Assembly: GCA_002104905.1 (NCBI GenBank)
Contig: MCFE01000076.1
Location: 118,643 to 182,642 of the forward strand
Length of the DNA: 64,000 nucleotides
Origin: Basidiobolus meristosporus CBS 931.73
Lineage: Eukaryota; Fungi; Basidiobolomycota
Reading direction: 5' to 3'
Shown: positions 44,583 to 58,338 of the stretch, in pieces
How positions within the stretch are numbered: the first letter of the stretch is position 1
Layout of the letters: each line of letters starts with the position of its first letter
Notes under the pieces: generated by a model
Databases searched by the model: none
The model's input: only the letters and a program-made list of their open reading frames with translations
Told to the model about the DNA's origin: nothing
Translations under genes and position numbers: made by a program

Positions 44583-46806
44583 TTACCCTTCATACTTGAG
44601 TACGAGCGCGGTACGACTGGGAATGTACACTTGGATGTAATTAGGGCGGCCATACCACTCCTGTGGATTGGAGAAGAATTTCTGGTCAGGATTGATCCTA
44701 TCATGTCCGCCAAAGAGAGGACTGTCCGAGTTTAGAATAATGTTGTATTTTCCTGCCCAGGCGGTGCCGATCTTATAATCACTGAAGCTCTTGTTGGGAT
44801 GGAAGTTGAAGATCCAAAGTAGACCAGCACGCTCGAAAACAATAACTTTGTCTTCCTCGTGTTTATGCGAAACGTAGGCCTGTGGGGCCTCTAGCCAGCG
44901 GTATTCCCCTTCCAGAGTGTTCATCGCCCGATCAAACTCATTAAGATGTTTGAATCGAAGAAGTCCATCTTTGACCAGGTTAAATTGTCGCCTGGCATAC
45001 TGGAAACTACTGCCGTTTCCATCCCGTGGGAAGTCGAGCCATTCCGGATGCCCGAATTCGTTGCCTTCGAAGTTAAGGTAGCCCTCACCACCAAGACCAT
45101 GGGTGAGTAATCGGATCAGCTTATGAAGTGCTATGCCACGGTCAATAATAGGAGTTAAAGGACTGAGAATCGACATGTAGTCGTACATTTCCTTATCCAT
45201 TAACCAGAATGCGATAGTTTTATCGCCAACTAGAGCCTGATCATGGGATTCGCAGTATGTAATGGTCTTTTCCATGTGTCGACGGTTGGTCAGAGTGTGT
45301 ACGATGTGGCCGATATTCCAGTCATCATCACGTACTTCCTTCAGTAGCTTGATCCACATATCTGGCACTGCCATGCCAAGACGATAGTCAAATCCAACAC
45401 CTCCTTCTTGGACAGGGCGGCATAGGCCGGGCATTCCAGACACATCTTCAGCAATGGTAATGATCTCAGGATACAGCTCATGAAGCATGTAGTTGCTTAG
45501 CATTAGGTAGACGACGGCTTCCTCATCAACACTCTCGTTGAAATACTCATGATAACCCCCGCTAAAGCCTGCTCCAATTCCGTGATGAACGTACATCATT
45601 GAGGTCACTCCGTCAAATCGGAATCCATCGATTCTGAATTCCTCGACATAGAATCGAAGGTTGGAGAGCAGGAAGCGAAGCACTTCATGGTGACCGTAAT
45701 TGAAGAGGCGGCTATTCCACAGGTCGTGATGGCCTTTACCGCCCTCATGGAAGTAGCAATGGTCGGTGCCATCGAACTGGTTTAGGCCGTCAAGTACGTT
45801 GTTGGATGCATGAGAATGAACCACGTCAAGAAGGATATACAGCCCCAAGCCATGGGCGGTGTCGATAAGCCGCTTTAGATCTTCGGGAGTCCCATATCGA
45901 CTAGATATGGCGAAGAAACTGGTTACTTGGTAGCCGAAGCTGGCATAGTAGGCATGCTCCATAATGGCCATCAGCTGGATAGAGTTGTAGCCAAGACTGG
46001 CAATGTGCGGCAACACATTATCAGTAAATTCATTATATGAGGTGACTTTAGGTTCGGGACTAGAGATGCCAATATGAGCTTCATAGACCTTAAGATTCAA
46101 GGGTTTGGGTGGAGCAGCGTTCTTCCACACATAGGCGTTTTTAGGGTTCCAGAAACGAGCATCATAAGTTGCACTTACACTCAAATCTTGAGTTACTCGC
46201 TTAGACCAGGCGGGTAGTCGGTCAATTCGCTCTCCTTGGGGCGTAACCATAGATATCTTGATCTTGCTGTCATGAGGGATTGCTACTGTGCCATCAGATT
46301 TGTTAGGAACAAAAGTCTCCCACACGCCAAACTCATCTTTAGTCATTGGATTGGCTTGGTGATCCCAGTTGTTAAAATCTCCGATTAGACTGGCGGAAAC
46401 AACACTTGGTGCCCACTCTCGGTAGATAACACCTTTGGGAGTCACATTTAAACCCATACGTTCATAGCCGCGAGTAAACTGGTCGAAGCCGGACTCGTAT
46501 TGTATGATTTTATCGCACCATTCTTGGAATTTTGCATATCTACATCAAACGGTTTAATACGTGAGTGAATCTTAAAATCCAACTAAGAACCCGGCGAATC
46601 CAAGGAATACATTACCTCTTGGCGATTGCAGGAGCGTACGGCTTTAGCCAAGGATCAAGCTCGACTATCCCAGTACCAGTATTAGAAGACTCAGTGGGCT
46701 TGCTGATCTGCTGGATGCTCGGCTTGAGAAATGAGGATTTCTGATTTTTAGAAGCAACTGTCATCTTCGAGTGAGGAACAAATAGAGCAGTAGTCTTGTT
46801 CACCAT
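44583..46806 (-). CDS. GLC3: 1,4-alpha-glucan branching enzyme (GH13)
   Basis: [50 protein letters not shown]; two small 5' exons. Confidence 0.97.
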
Positions 46807-49800
46807 CTGCTAGTGCACTTTTATAGGATTTTGAAAGTGAGAGCGATTTGGGTGGTGTTGGGTTCAATATGAAATCCCGTACACCAGATTGGCATTGATC
46901 GTAGAGGATTAAGACCAATGTCGTTGTTGAGTACTGGATCTACCTATCAGTAACATCGCCAGGTTGGGGAAGGGGAGCAATGGTGTAGCAGAAGTAAGTC
47001 AATCAATGATGACCAGCATTAATCTGCTAATCATCTGATCCAATCTGTGTATTCTACTCACCAAAGGTTGAACAAGAATATCACTTATTAGGTATCTACA
47101 GATAAACCAGCGGGTGATGTCAATGAGTGAGTAGTCTTGCAAGTTGGCACTATATTGCGTAACCGGTGCCCATTTTGTCAACATACGATGCTTTTGAAAC
47201 AGCCGTAAAGCTAGCTCTGGTCAGCCATCATTGCTTGTCCTTGCGGTATGCAAGCATCATCTTACGACTTGGTGCACTGTCATGTTGGAGGGGCACAACC
47301 AGGATCGTCAGAGAAGCAGATGTGGGAATCAGGATCTAAAAATAGTGGCTTTGCAGCTGTTTGCAAGAAAAGGTCCTATTTCTAAATAATGCCATTGGTT
47401 GACTTGAGGATCTGGTTCATGGTGACGGCAAGATAGAATGGAAACTGCCACTTGGGCCCAACGCAAGATATATCAAGTGAGCTGTAATGCATTTAGTGAC
47501 ACAGACGTACCGGAAGATTCCTGCCAAGGGTGATGGCACTTGCGAGCGGGTTCAATTTGGACCATGCATCGCATGAGTGGAGTGCGCATAAGGCCTCAAG
47601 ATAAGCCGCCAGCCGAAAGATCGCCCATCACCATTCGTACCACTACCGAACAATTAGCCCTATTCTTGGGGCAGTTCGCCATATAAATGAATATGATCTC
47701 AGAGTACAAGAGACAAGTGGTATCGATTTCCACCACTGTTTCCCTACAACTTAACCAGGTCCACGAAAATCTTGGATAGATATAATGAAAAGACTGTGTT
47801 GAAATACTGGTTATCTGGATCATAGTGCCTAAAAGCCAATTATTTAGGACGACTGTCCAAAACAAGCAACCAACTTGACAGGTTTCCTATGAGTACGTGG
47901 CTGATGAATCATACTGACTATCCCACATCGTGGCACCTTGTCTGGAATATAGAAGCCCACTAGTACCAGGACGCCGAGGTTGGTAGCAACCTTCACATCC
48001 ATCTAAGCCCAGGTAGAGTCAATGCGGCTGCTTGCCGATGTCTAATTTACCAGATTTTCAAGCCACGAGTCCCATCTACCATTGTGCCTGAGTGACCTTG
48101 GCAAGAAAACTACAAACGAAACGGGCGCAGCTTCTACGATATACTGATGCACAGTAAACCTCATAGTTCCAATCAATTGATACACTCCCTAATGTGTATT
48201 TTAAATCCAAGGCGCCAGGTTAGTGGGCGCTATTGTTCCTTTGCTTGATGCTGGTTCCATGGATGGACTAGGCTATCGAAGTTGGATTCGAATCATCTAA
48301 GGCTTCCATCAAGGGTGATGAAATCGTGTGTGAAAGCAACATTTAGCTTGTGCATCAATGAGTGGTTGAGCCTTTTGAGAATAATATGGCAAATCCTTGC
48401 ACAGCGTGATCTTTAGTGTTAGGGGCAACAGGACATTCTGCCTAGATGAAGATGAGAGAGGGTCGGATTGAAGCCAGCGGTTGATTGGCCCCAATCGTGC
48501 GAGTATCTTAGATTAGAGCCAGGCAACAACATTCACAAATGTGGCGTCGAGTTAAATTTGCCCCAAGACAATGTGCGACATTCAGTTCCGACCTCTATCT
48601 TGAATAAAATAAACAATCAGATGGAGCTCAGTAAATAAGCCGGTTGATACCCGTGCATGCCGGTCCATAGCTGGCTTATTCGCATTGGTGATGAATGGGA
48701 CCAAAACAGCATATACTGATGTCAAATGGCCATCTAGAAGCACCATCACTGGGCAATCGTCTCGTGCATGATGATCACCTCTTTTGTCCCTTCATGTTAC
48801 ATACAGGATAGCCACAAAAAATCAACGCCCAACGAATACCGAGTTGCCGATACGGTGTGCTTGATTGATCAAATCCGTAGCATTCGGCACATTGTGGATT
48901 CGCGAACATGACATTTGCCCCTCGCCCAAAGAGGTTTGGCCATCTATTCCACACGGCTGAAATGGGCCACTGGTTAAACAAATTTATGTTTTGGCCAATA
49001 GGTCTGTAGGCGTCATTGCACATGAGACTTCTCTCGATTATCTATGCGAAACATCTCCCTCGTATACTGATCACCACCAAATGATCCGTATTCTACGGAT
49101 TGTGTTGAGAGTCACACCGTAGCAATAGTAACCAGATCAAGTCCTACTGGGCATTGGTCGTCACCTGTAACTGCCCACCTCACTTGGACCAATGTCTCGT
49201 CTTCGATTATTTGCATTGCATACATATCCACTGGCCATAGATACTGTCTTTGCTATGGGCTAAGCCCACATTGTTGCATGGAGTGATTCGACCGTTTCAG
49301 ACAGCCACAAAGCGCTTCTTTAATTAAGACAGCTGTTGGACTGCACGATGCATACTCACTCACACTCGGGGGATAAACCATCTGGCTTGGAAAAGGAGGG
49401 TGAAATCGGGTGTTCTTGGGGAGTTGATAATCCTATGGTTACCAACACATTACCACCGTCCCAAGAGTGTGCGAACTTTGAACCATTCATGCAAGTTTTT
49501 CCAAATGATGCATACATTTACCAGCGGTACGCATAGTAGGCTTCGCCGTGGCCATTGACCATAACCGAGCAGGAATCCCTTTGTCTCCCGGTGTTTCTTA
49601 CGCAGGCTGAGAGGAAATGAATCCTGGCACCGACCACTGGAAGGAGTGTGGCCTTCAGTATTGTGCTTGGCTTTTTCTTAAAGTAAAACCGTCGGAGGGC
49701 GCCCCTGAGTGGACAGAATAATGTGGTCACCTTCATTGAAGTGTAGACAATGCGGGTGGTCATAAGAGCCAATTGTATGGGCGGCTAGGATCCTGTATAC

Positions 49801-50591
49801 ATTCGGTGGATCATCGGCAGCCGAAGGATAGTTGAAGTAACGAATGAATCATCAGGCTATCTTTAGAAAACCTTGTGTATGGATCTAGAGTAAGAGCGGA
49901 ATACCTCAATGACTACATATGCGGCAGCCATAAAGCAGTGAATGGGTAGAACGCCCACGTAGTACCAATTCTAACCTCATTGAAACGCCATATTTGCCAT
50001 GTTATTTGCGGGATGGGGAGATCGCAATGAACGCCCTTTGACGCTCATACTTCACGAGTACGTCAAGTTTCATCCCACATGAATGATTAAGATAACTGCC
50101 GTTGAATCATACAGTTCACAATAGCCGGGTTTTTCCCCATGGGTTTTCCAATATTCACCTCGGTTTTGATTTGGTAATTTCACTGACATCAACGTGATAC
50201 GTTGGTGGATCATCCCTCTATACCATATTCCTAATCAAGTTAGGAGGGGTGGGTGAGAATTCTGCATGATAAATTATGAGGAATTGTCCAATACAATCAA
50301 GCAGCTTACCTCAGTGAGATAATCGGACTGTTGTTCGTCCCTGTCCACCAACACTTTTAAGTCTCGATTTTCTCTTCTTTTTCCGTATGTCACCTGCTTC
50401 GGTAGCTAATATCTTGAACATCTGAACTCTTTTCAGTAATACCTTGCAAATATTGAGCTCCTCGTAGCTTTCTTTACCTCTTTTTATCAATTGATTCCTC
50501 TAGCTATATCGTGCCCGTCCTGTTCTCATATCACGCTTTACCAGCTATTTCCCGCCGTGTATCCCGAGAGTGCGAGCAAGCCAGCCAAAGT

Positions 50592-51649
50592 ATGTTCAAC
50601 AGGCACAATCTCTCCATAAACTTGGAAAACGACCATATCATACTGCGTGGTAATAGCCAAGAATCGGCAGGATATGTACTCAGAGGCTACCTATTGCTGC
50701 AGCTTTGCCATCCCACGAAGATAAAATCCATTGAGTTAACCTTCTTTGGACATGCGCTCATTCATGGTAATGCAGGCTCATTTGTTCAGCCCCAGGCTCT
50801 CTTTGCCAATCCCTAACTATTCTTCCGCCGCATATTTTAGAAACAAGACCGTACAAAAATACGATAATCGAAAAGAAATGGAACTTTATTGAGTCCATGG
50901 AAAGCCCATGTCTATTCAAGAAGGGAAAGTACGAGTATCATTTTGAATTGCCACTCAACGGGAATATTCCAGAGTCAGTATGCACTCAGAAAGGGTACGT
51001 TAGTTACCAATTCAAAGCTATTGTTCGGAAAACAGGGCTCCGTAGCAGTATCGAAAGTGAGCAGAATGTGAATGTTGAGCGGTCCCTCGGCCCCTTATCA
51101 GCCGAGCCTGAGCCGTCACTCATCCGCACCGGTGATGTCCAAGGGCAGATGAAATTTTATATCGTTATACCCTGCTCCGGCTTTATCACAGGGCAAGACA
51201 TCCCCGTGATGCTAGGGATTCGGCCCATGTCGCGGGGTATCAAAGTCTTTAAAGTATATCTAAGGCTGCGGGAAGCGACAAGATATCGTACTTTCTTTGA
51301 GGAGTGGTCGGACACACATGAGGGAAAGATCGACGAGGTTTCTTGTGTGTGGCGGCCGAAACTCTCCGGTTGGTGGGAGCAAGCACTTACCCTAAAAGTT
51401 CCGAAGAATCGTAGCTCAGTGCGAGCAGACAGTCGGTCTAGATATATTCATATATGGCATTTCATTGAGGTACAAATCAGTCTGATTGATTTGTCAAGAA
51501 AAAAACGATTCTTGACCGTCCATGTTCCTGTGCATATCTTTTCCGACAAGTTGAAAGCCAGTGACGAGGTACCGCCGGCATACGAAGATGCATTGGCCAA
51601 GCCGCCGGATTATCTTTCTAGCCTTCGCCGAGCGACAGTTGCATTTTAA
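50592..51649 (+). CDS. Alpha-arrestin (ART/Rsp5 adaptor-like), 2 exons
   Basis: LRGYLLLQL..PTKIKSIELTFFG, GKYEYHFEL, GYVSYQFKA; C-terminal PPAY and PPDY (PPxY) motifs. Confidence 0.88.
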
Positions 51650-52870
51650 CCTGATATGCATGTAAACTGTAACAAAAAACACATCACTAGGTCGGAGCGT
51701 ATGCGGCATCTGCACTGGTACCATGTACCTCAAGCGTACAGCCATGTGGCATTTGGGATCAACAGTATACAGCACCTACCCTCAACTCAATGTATAGTAA
51801 TTATTGAAGTCATGATCGATTCTGACTCCATGTCGATATTCATATTTGTTAACCTTGTATATTCTAAACGAAAATTGCCAACTGCATATTCATTAAATCT
51901 CTTTGCTAAGTATGTACGGCAGTCGTCTTGAAATACTGTTACTTGAATGTGGAGATGGGCAAGCTATACAAACACGTTCGGACCAAGTGCGAAATTGGGA
52001 TCAAGCCAATGTACATTGTGGACCTGGTAATTGTCAGCCTCAGAAGAAGCTTCTCCCTAGAAATGCAACTGATTGTTGCATGAAATAAGGAATGGCTTAG
52101 AATCGATCTATATCAGTCTATATATGAGCTATAGTGCCAAGTGGCCGCTGGATTTAGATACAAAGCATACTAGTAGCTATAGATTATACAAACCATCGCA
52201 TGGAATTTATACCAGTTTTAGATGTTTTTCGCTCCTTTTACGATTGCCTGGGTTTCATGGTTACAAGACCAAGTGATTTTGCCCAGCTAATCGAGAGCTA
52301 CACTGCAACTTTTTTGATTGCCGTGTTTTTCTCATTGCTGCGCACCTCAAGTTCCACTTCGACTAGCAGCCTCGGTGGGTTAAAGCATAGAATGTAGGTA
52401 TCACATAATTGCCAATATGATTGGCTGGCTCATGAAATTCAGCAGTAAGTATACATGTATCTGGGACATTTACATTGTGAAGCTCTTAGCAATCACGGGG
52501 TATTTTGTGCGTCGTTCATTGGGAGTTACAGCCCGGCCTCATTGGCAAAGAGTATTGATATTCCATTGATAATTCGACATTTTCAAATCGGGATTAATTT
52601 ATGGTAGAATATGGCTAATTATCCCATCAACAACCAAAAATCAATCCTGCTTACTTCGGTAATATTGAATATCCCTGAATGATCAGTACACTCATCAATC
52701 CCCTTATGGTAAGTTACTTGTAGATTTGAGGTTGAGATTTATAATGGTTACTTGACGAATCGAATAAACAGACTCTTTTGTTGTAGTACGCTTCTATTAT
52801 TAATAAACCATTCGAACAACCTTCCACATCTACACACTCAACACACCAGCAAAATCACATACTTTGAAGC

Positions 52871-54750
<1,880 letters not shown>

Positions 54751-55898
54751 GTGACCGTCACTTAAATTGCCTGTGGCCTCTGCTAAGAATAGTACGTTTT
54801 ATGCCTTCCTCCTGCTTTACTTGATCTATATATCAAAGCTTCCAAGTGAAGTAGCTGCCATATTATTAAGGATCTTTCAAACACAATAATATTCCATTGC
54901 ATTCTGATTATTTACAATCCAAGATAATAAATGTTAATGTTAGATCAACAGAATTCATACATTTTCGTATTCCAATGGCTTGATGATAAAAATACCATCG
55001 TTGATGATTCACCCAAAAGAACCCTTCGCCATTATCGTGCCCTGCAGGGAATGAAAATACACTCTAACGATGGCGTGATGGCGTTCATTAGCTTACGGGA
55101 TTAATTGTAATTGAATTCCCCCGGTAATCTGTTCAGCTAACTGTCCAACTTGAACTGAGCATTCAACAGCTTGTGAGCTTGGACAGTATTCGCCCAGAGT
55201 TCTGTGAAATCTATGCTTACCTAATACTAACCCCGGAGCTGCTGTATATACGTGATTTGCAGTTAGGAAAATATTTATCGTGGAAGACAGCTGACAGGAG
55301 AATAGGCCTAGTACGGTAACCAACGTGATAGACAATGCTGTAGAAGTTTCAATTTATCGCCTAGAACCATAGAGCAAGTTACCATCAATAGGAAGGGCCA
55401 GCCTGTGAGAAATCATCCCTTCCCAGATTGACATCTATTTATTTACTATATGGTTGTTTGCCACCATGTACATGTCTTAAAGATAATTGATATTTCTGCG
55501 CTTCCCAACGAGGATTGTTGTCAAAATATTCCTATTCTGTCAACCTTACAAAACTAGGTCTGCTATATTGGACATTGGCACTGATTATTGTGAAACTGAT
55601 AGCCATAGAGCCAATAAACATGGGTACAGCAACCTTAAATACAAGTCACAGACCCGGCGAGTTTTTAATAGAAAAATTACAACCATTGAAGTAATTCATG
55701 GCTAATCTTAGGATATATGCGAATTTGGGTTATTCATAGGGCCATTCCTGATGACAACCATCGATGCTGTGATTAAAAACAAACAGCTTCTTGGGTCATG
55801 AGTATTCGTGATAGTAGAGAAATATAATCAAGGTGCTTGGACCGACTGCCACTATAAATTCACCATGGTATGCGTGGCCAAAGGTAGTTCTAACCAAA

Positions 55899-56822
55899 AT
55901 GATACTCTGTGATTTCATACAAGTAGTTCTTTGCCTGCTTTGTTTCCGGACGTTGGCCGTTGCTCATATGGAAATGGTTCAGCCACCACCGCGCCATTCA
56001 CGCTATAATCCTACATGGTCAGCAGAGCCGGATTATAATATGGTGAGCCCGTTGAGTGTCTATCCCTGTAAAGGATATGGAAAAGGGGGAGTTGTTCAGA
56101 CCGTAAAAGCAGGCGACTCAGTTCAGGTGCAAATTAGTGGTAGTGCTCCTCATGGTGGAGGGCATTGCCAATTTGCTCTCTCATACGATGAGGGCAAGAC
56201 CTTTGCTGTATTAGAAACAATTTACAGCGATTGTCTTTTTCCGAGCACCAATTATTCCGTGGGTATCCCGGTTTCTGCTGGTTCCAGCAAAAACGCCATC
56301 TTTGCCTGGGCATGGATTAACAAAATCGGTAATCGCGAATATTACATGAACTGCGCGGACTTGGAGATTCAGGGAACCGATAATGGCCATGTTGTAGGAC
56401 CAAAGTTGCTAGTAGCAAACCTTCCAGGATACCCTACCATACCAGAGTTTCTTGGCGACAAGTCCTATGATGGTAGAGATTTGCTAGAAGCTCGCCCAAT
56501 CATCACTATTCGTCCAATGAACGATGTGCCTACATCTAACTTAAATACCACATCAGCATCCACACCTGCGAATACACCGCCCACGTCTAGCACATCGTCA
56601 ATCAGTTTCCCGACCTCGACTACAAGCAAGATAAGCACGACCACAACTTCACCAATATCAAAAAATAGACGTTGCGAAGGCTCCTTAGCATGGAGTGCCA
56701 TAGTTGCATATAGTGGCTCCCGGAAGGTTACTTATGAGGGGCATCTATGGCAAGCCAAATGGTGGAATCAAAATGAGTCACCAAAAGAGAGTGGCGTATG
56801 GATTGACTTAGGCTCTTGCTAG
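55899..56822 (+). CDS. Secreted AA11-type lytic polysaccharide monooxygenase with S/T linker and C-terminal CBM5/12 chitin-binding module
   Basis: Signal peptide ends AVA-H (His at 55965-55967); HMEM..PPPR, APHGGGHCQFALSYD, FAWAWINKIGNREYYMNCAD; C-terminal AW...AY....VTYEGHLWQAKWW. Confidence 0.85.
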   Translation: MILCDFIQVVLCLLCFRTLAVAHMEMVQPPPRHSRYNPTWSAEPDYNMVSPLSVYPCKGYGKGGVVQTVKAGDSVQVQISGSAPHGGGHCQFALSYDEGKTFAVLETIYSDCLFPSTNYSVGIPVSAGSSKNAIFAWAWINKIGNREYYMNCADLEIQGTDNGHVVGPKLLVANLPGYPTIPEFLGDKSYDGRDLLEARPIITIRPMNDVPTSNLNTTSASTPANTPPTSSTSSISFPTSTTSKISTTTTSPISKNRRCEGSLAWSAIVAYSGSRKVTYEGHLWQAKWWNQNESPKESGVWIDLGSC

Positions 56823-57278
56823 GTTTCTTGTTAGTTCATGTTATTTTTTAATAAAGCAAAACCACAATACTTCATTGTTAGTTTAAAGCAAAAATGAGGG
56901 GAATTATACTGCCATGGAGGTGCATATGAGCCAAAGGCACAACATGGAACACTCATTTGTGTTATAAGTTATCCATTTGCACCCAAATATTTGCATTGAA
57001 TGATATATCTTCAGTTTTTCCATCAATTCTTGTAATTTGCACAAATGCTATAGGATTTCTTCTATGCTAAGTGCATTAATCTTGTGCAAGCTGGATGGCA
57101 CAAATTTTTTAAAGCTTAGCTTATTATGCAGAATGCTTCTCTCCATTGAATTTGTATATAATACCAAATTATATGTTTGCTATTGGGCATTATTTTAGTC
57201 TCAAGTAGGCTAATTATTTAACAAAGGGCCTGATCTCTTAGGGTGTAGATTTTATAGTAAGATTTCAAAAAGGTTGGA

Positions 57279-57305
57279 GGGTTAGGGGGGGAGACAGTTA
57301 CCAAC
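57279..57305 (-). mobile_element. 27-nt 5'-truncated stub of the LINE 3' terminus (innermost array unit)
   Basis: GGGTTAGGGGGGGAGACAGTTACCAAC matches the termini at 58272 and 63737. Confidence 0.75.
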
Positions 57306-58265
57306 TTAGGGGAGGGAAAGTCACCAAGGTAGGTGAAATCCTTATTTGATTTCAGACAAGTCTAACTACAAATAAGGAAGCCAGCTGGGAATAGAAGATT
57401 CCCAAAGTAAACACTAAGATGAATATGAATAAATCTAAGCCAAAGTTAAGGCAGTATACCAGAGTACACTGGAGTTCAGGTTCATGGGGGAGTGAAGTAG
57501 ATAAGCTTGAGAGATGTAATAATCTTTTAAGAAGTGGGTAACAGCAGGTGAAGGGGAGTTTTTGATAAGTGAGGTGAATCTTGAGAGCAGAGATTCCTCT
57601 AATGAGAAGGTCTTGTAAACTGGAGAATCAGGAAACTCTTTAAAGGCATGGTCAGTAGGTTCCCAGTAAAACTGGTCAGAGACATTTTGAGAGAATTGTT
57701 TGGCAATACTTTTGTCAAGTACTACCTCCAGAGTGTGATGGTTGATAAATCTTATGTTAACAATCTTGGATAAGTTGTAGCCTTGTTGCTTGAGATACAT
57801 CCTATGCTCAGATATGGGAATAAACTCCACATTTGCAAAGTAGCAGACAGCCCAGTCAGTAGCAGGAGGCAAATCAGAGGTGGCAGGAAGCTTTCTTTTA
57901 GTCTTGGGAGGGGCAGCAGGATGTCTTGAGGAAGCAGGATTAGACTTTTTGACAGCTTCAGAATAGGAAGAGTGAGCAGAAGCAGATGATTCTTGGGGAG
58001 TCTTGTTGGCAGGAAGAGTTGGCATAGGGACAATTGATTCTTGCAGATCAGAGAAGGCAGAAAACAGCTTTTGAACTTGTTTCTTGAGTAGAGCATTTTC
58101 AGCTTCAACAAGTGCAAGCCTTTCCTCAAGGAAAGAAATCTCTAGGGAATGGAGTGAAGGCATAAGAAACAAGAAGAAGAGGGTTGGATAGGGTGGGTGG
58201 GTGGGAAAGTTTGCAGGGAGAAGAGAAGGAAGGAATGAATATTCCAGAAGTCAGAATTTATAGAT
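57306..58265 (-). mobile_element. Non-autonomous Gag-only telomeric retroelement (about 1 kb)
   Basis: Own 5' leader, one ORF homologous to LINE ORF1, 3' UTR ending in the shared terminal module; no RT. Confidence 0.8.
57435..58163 (-). CDS. Gag/ORF1-like protein (coiled coil plus RRM-like domain) of the Gag-only element
   Basis: LPPATDWAVCYFANVEFIPISEHRMYLK...LSKIVNI...LEVVLDKSIA aligns by eye to LINE ORF1 LPPASTWTVVYLKQVPWTPISNIRKALK...LSRIVNL...LEVILDQNIA. Confidence 0.85.
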   Translation of the reverse strand: MPSLHSLEISFLEERLALVEAENALLKKQVQKLFSAFSDLQESIVPMPTLPANKTPQESSASAHSSYSEAVKKSNPASSRHPAAPPKTKRKLPATSDLPPATDWAVCYFANVEFIPISEHRMYLKQQGYNLSKIVNIRFINHHTLEVVLDKSIAKQFSQNVSDQFYWEPTDHAFKEFPDSPVYKTFSLEESLLSRFTSLIKNSPSPAVTHFLKDYYISQAYLLHSPMNLNSSVLWYTALTLA

Positions 58266-58338
58266 GGGCTAGGGTTAGGGGGGGAGACAATTACCAACAG
58301 GTGAAATCTTTATTTCAGTTGAAACAAAGAAGCCAGCA

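Noticed and set aside
54990-55335. Small spliced minus-strand ORF between VPS4 and the LPMO
   Set aside because: About 65 aa with no recognisable motif
57037-57089. Imperfect inverted repeat (TTGCACAA...TTGTGCAA) in the AT-rich junction
   Set aside because: Short, imperfect and plausible by chance in AT-rich decayed DNA
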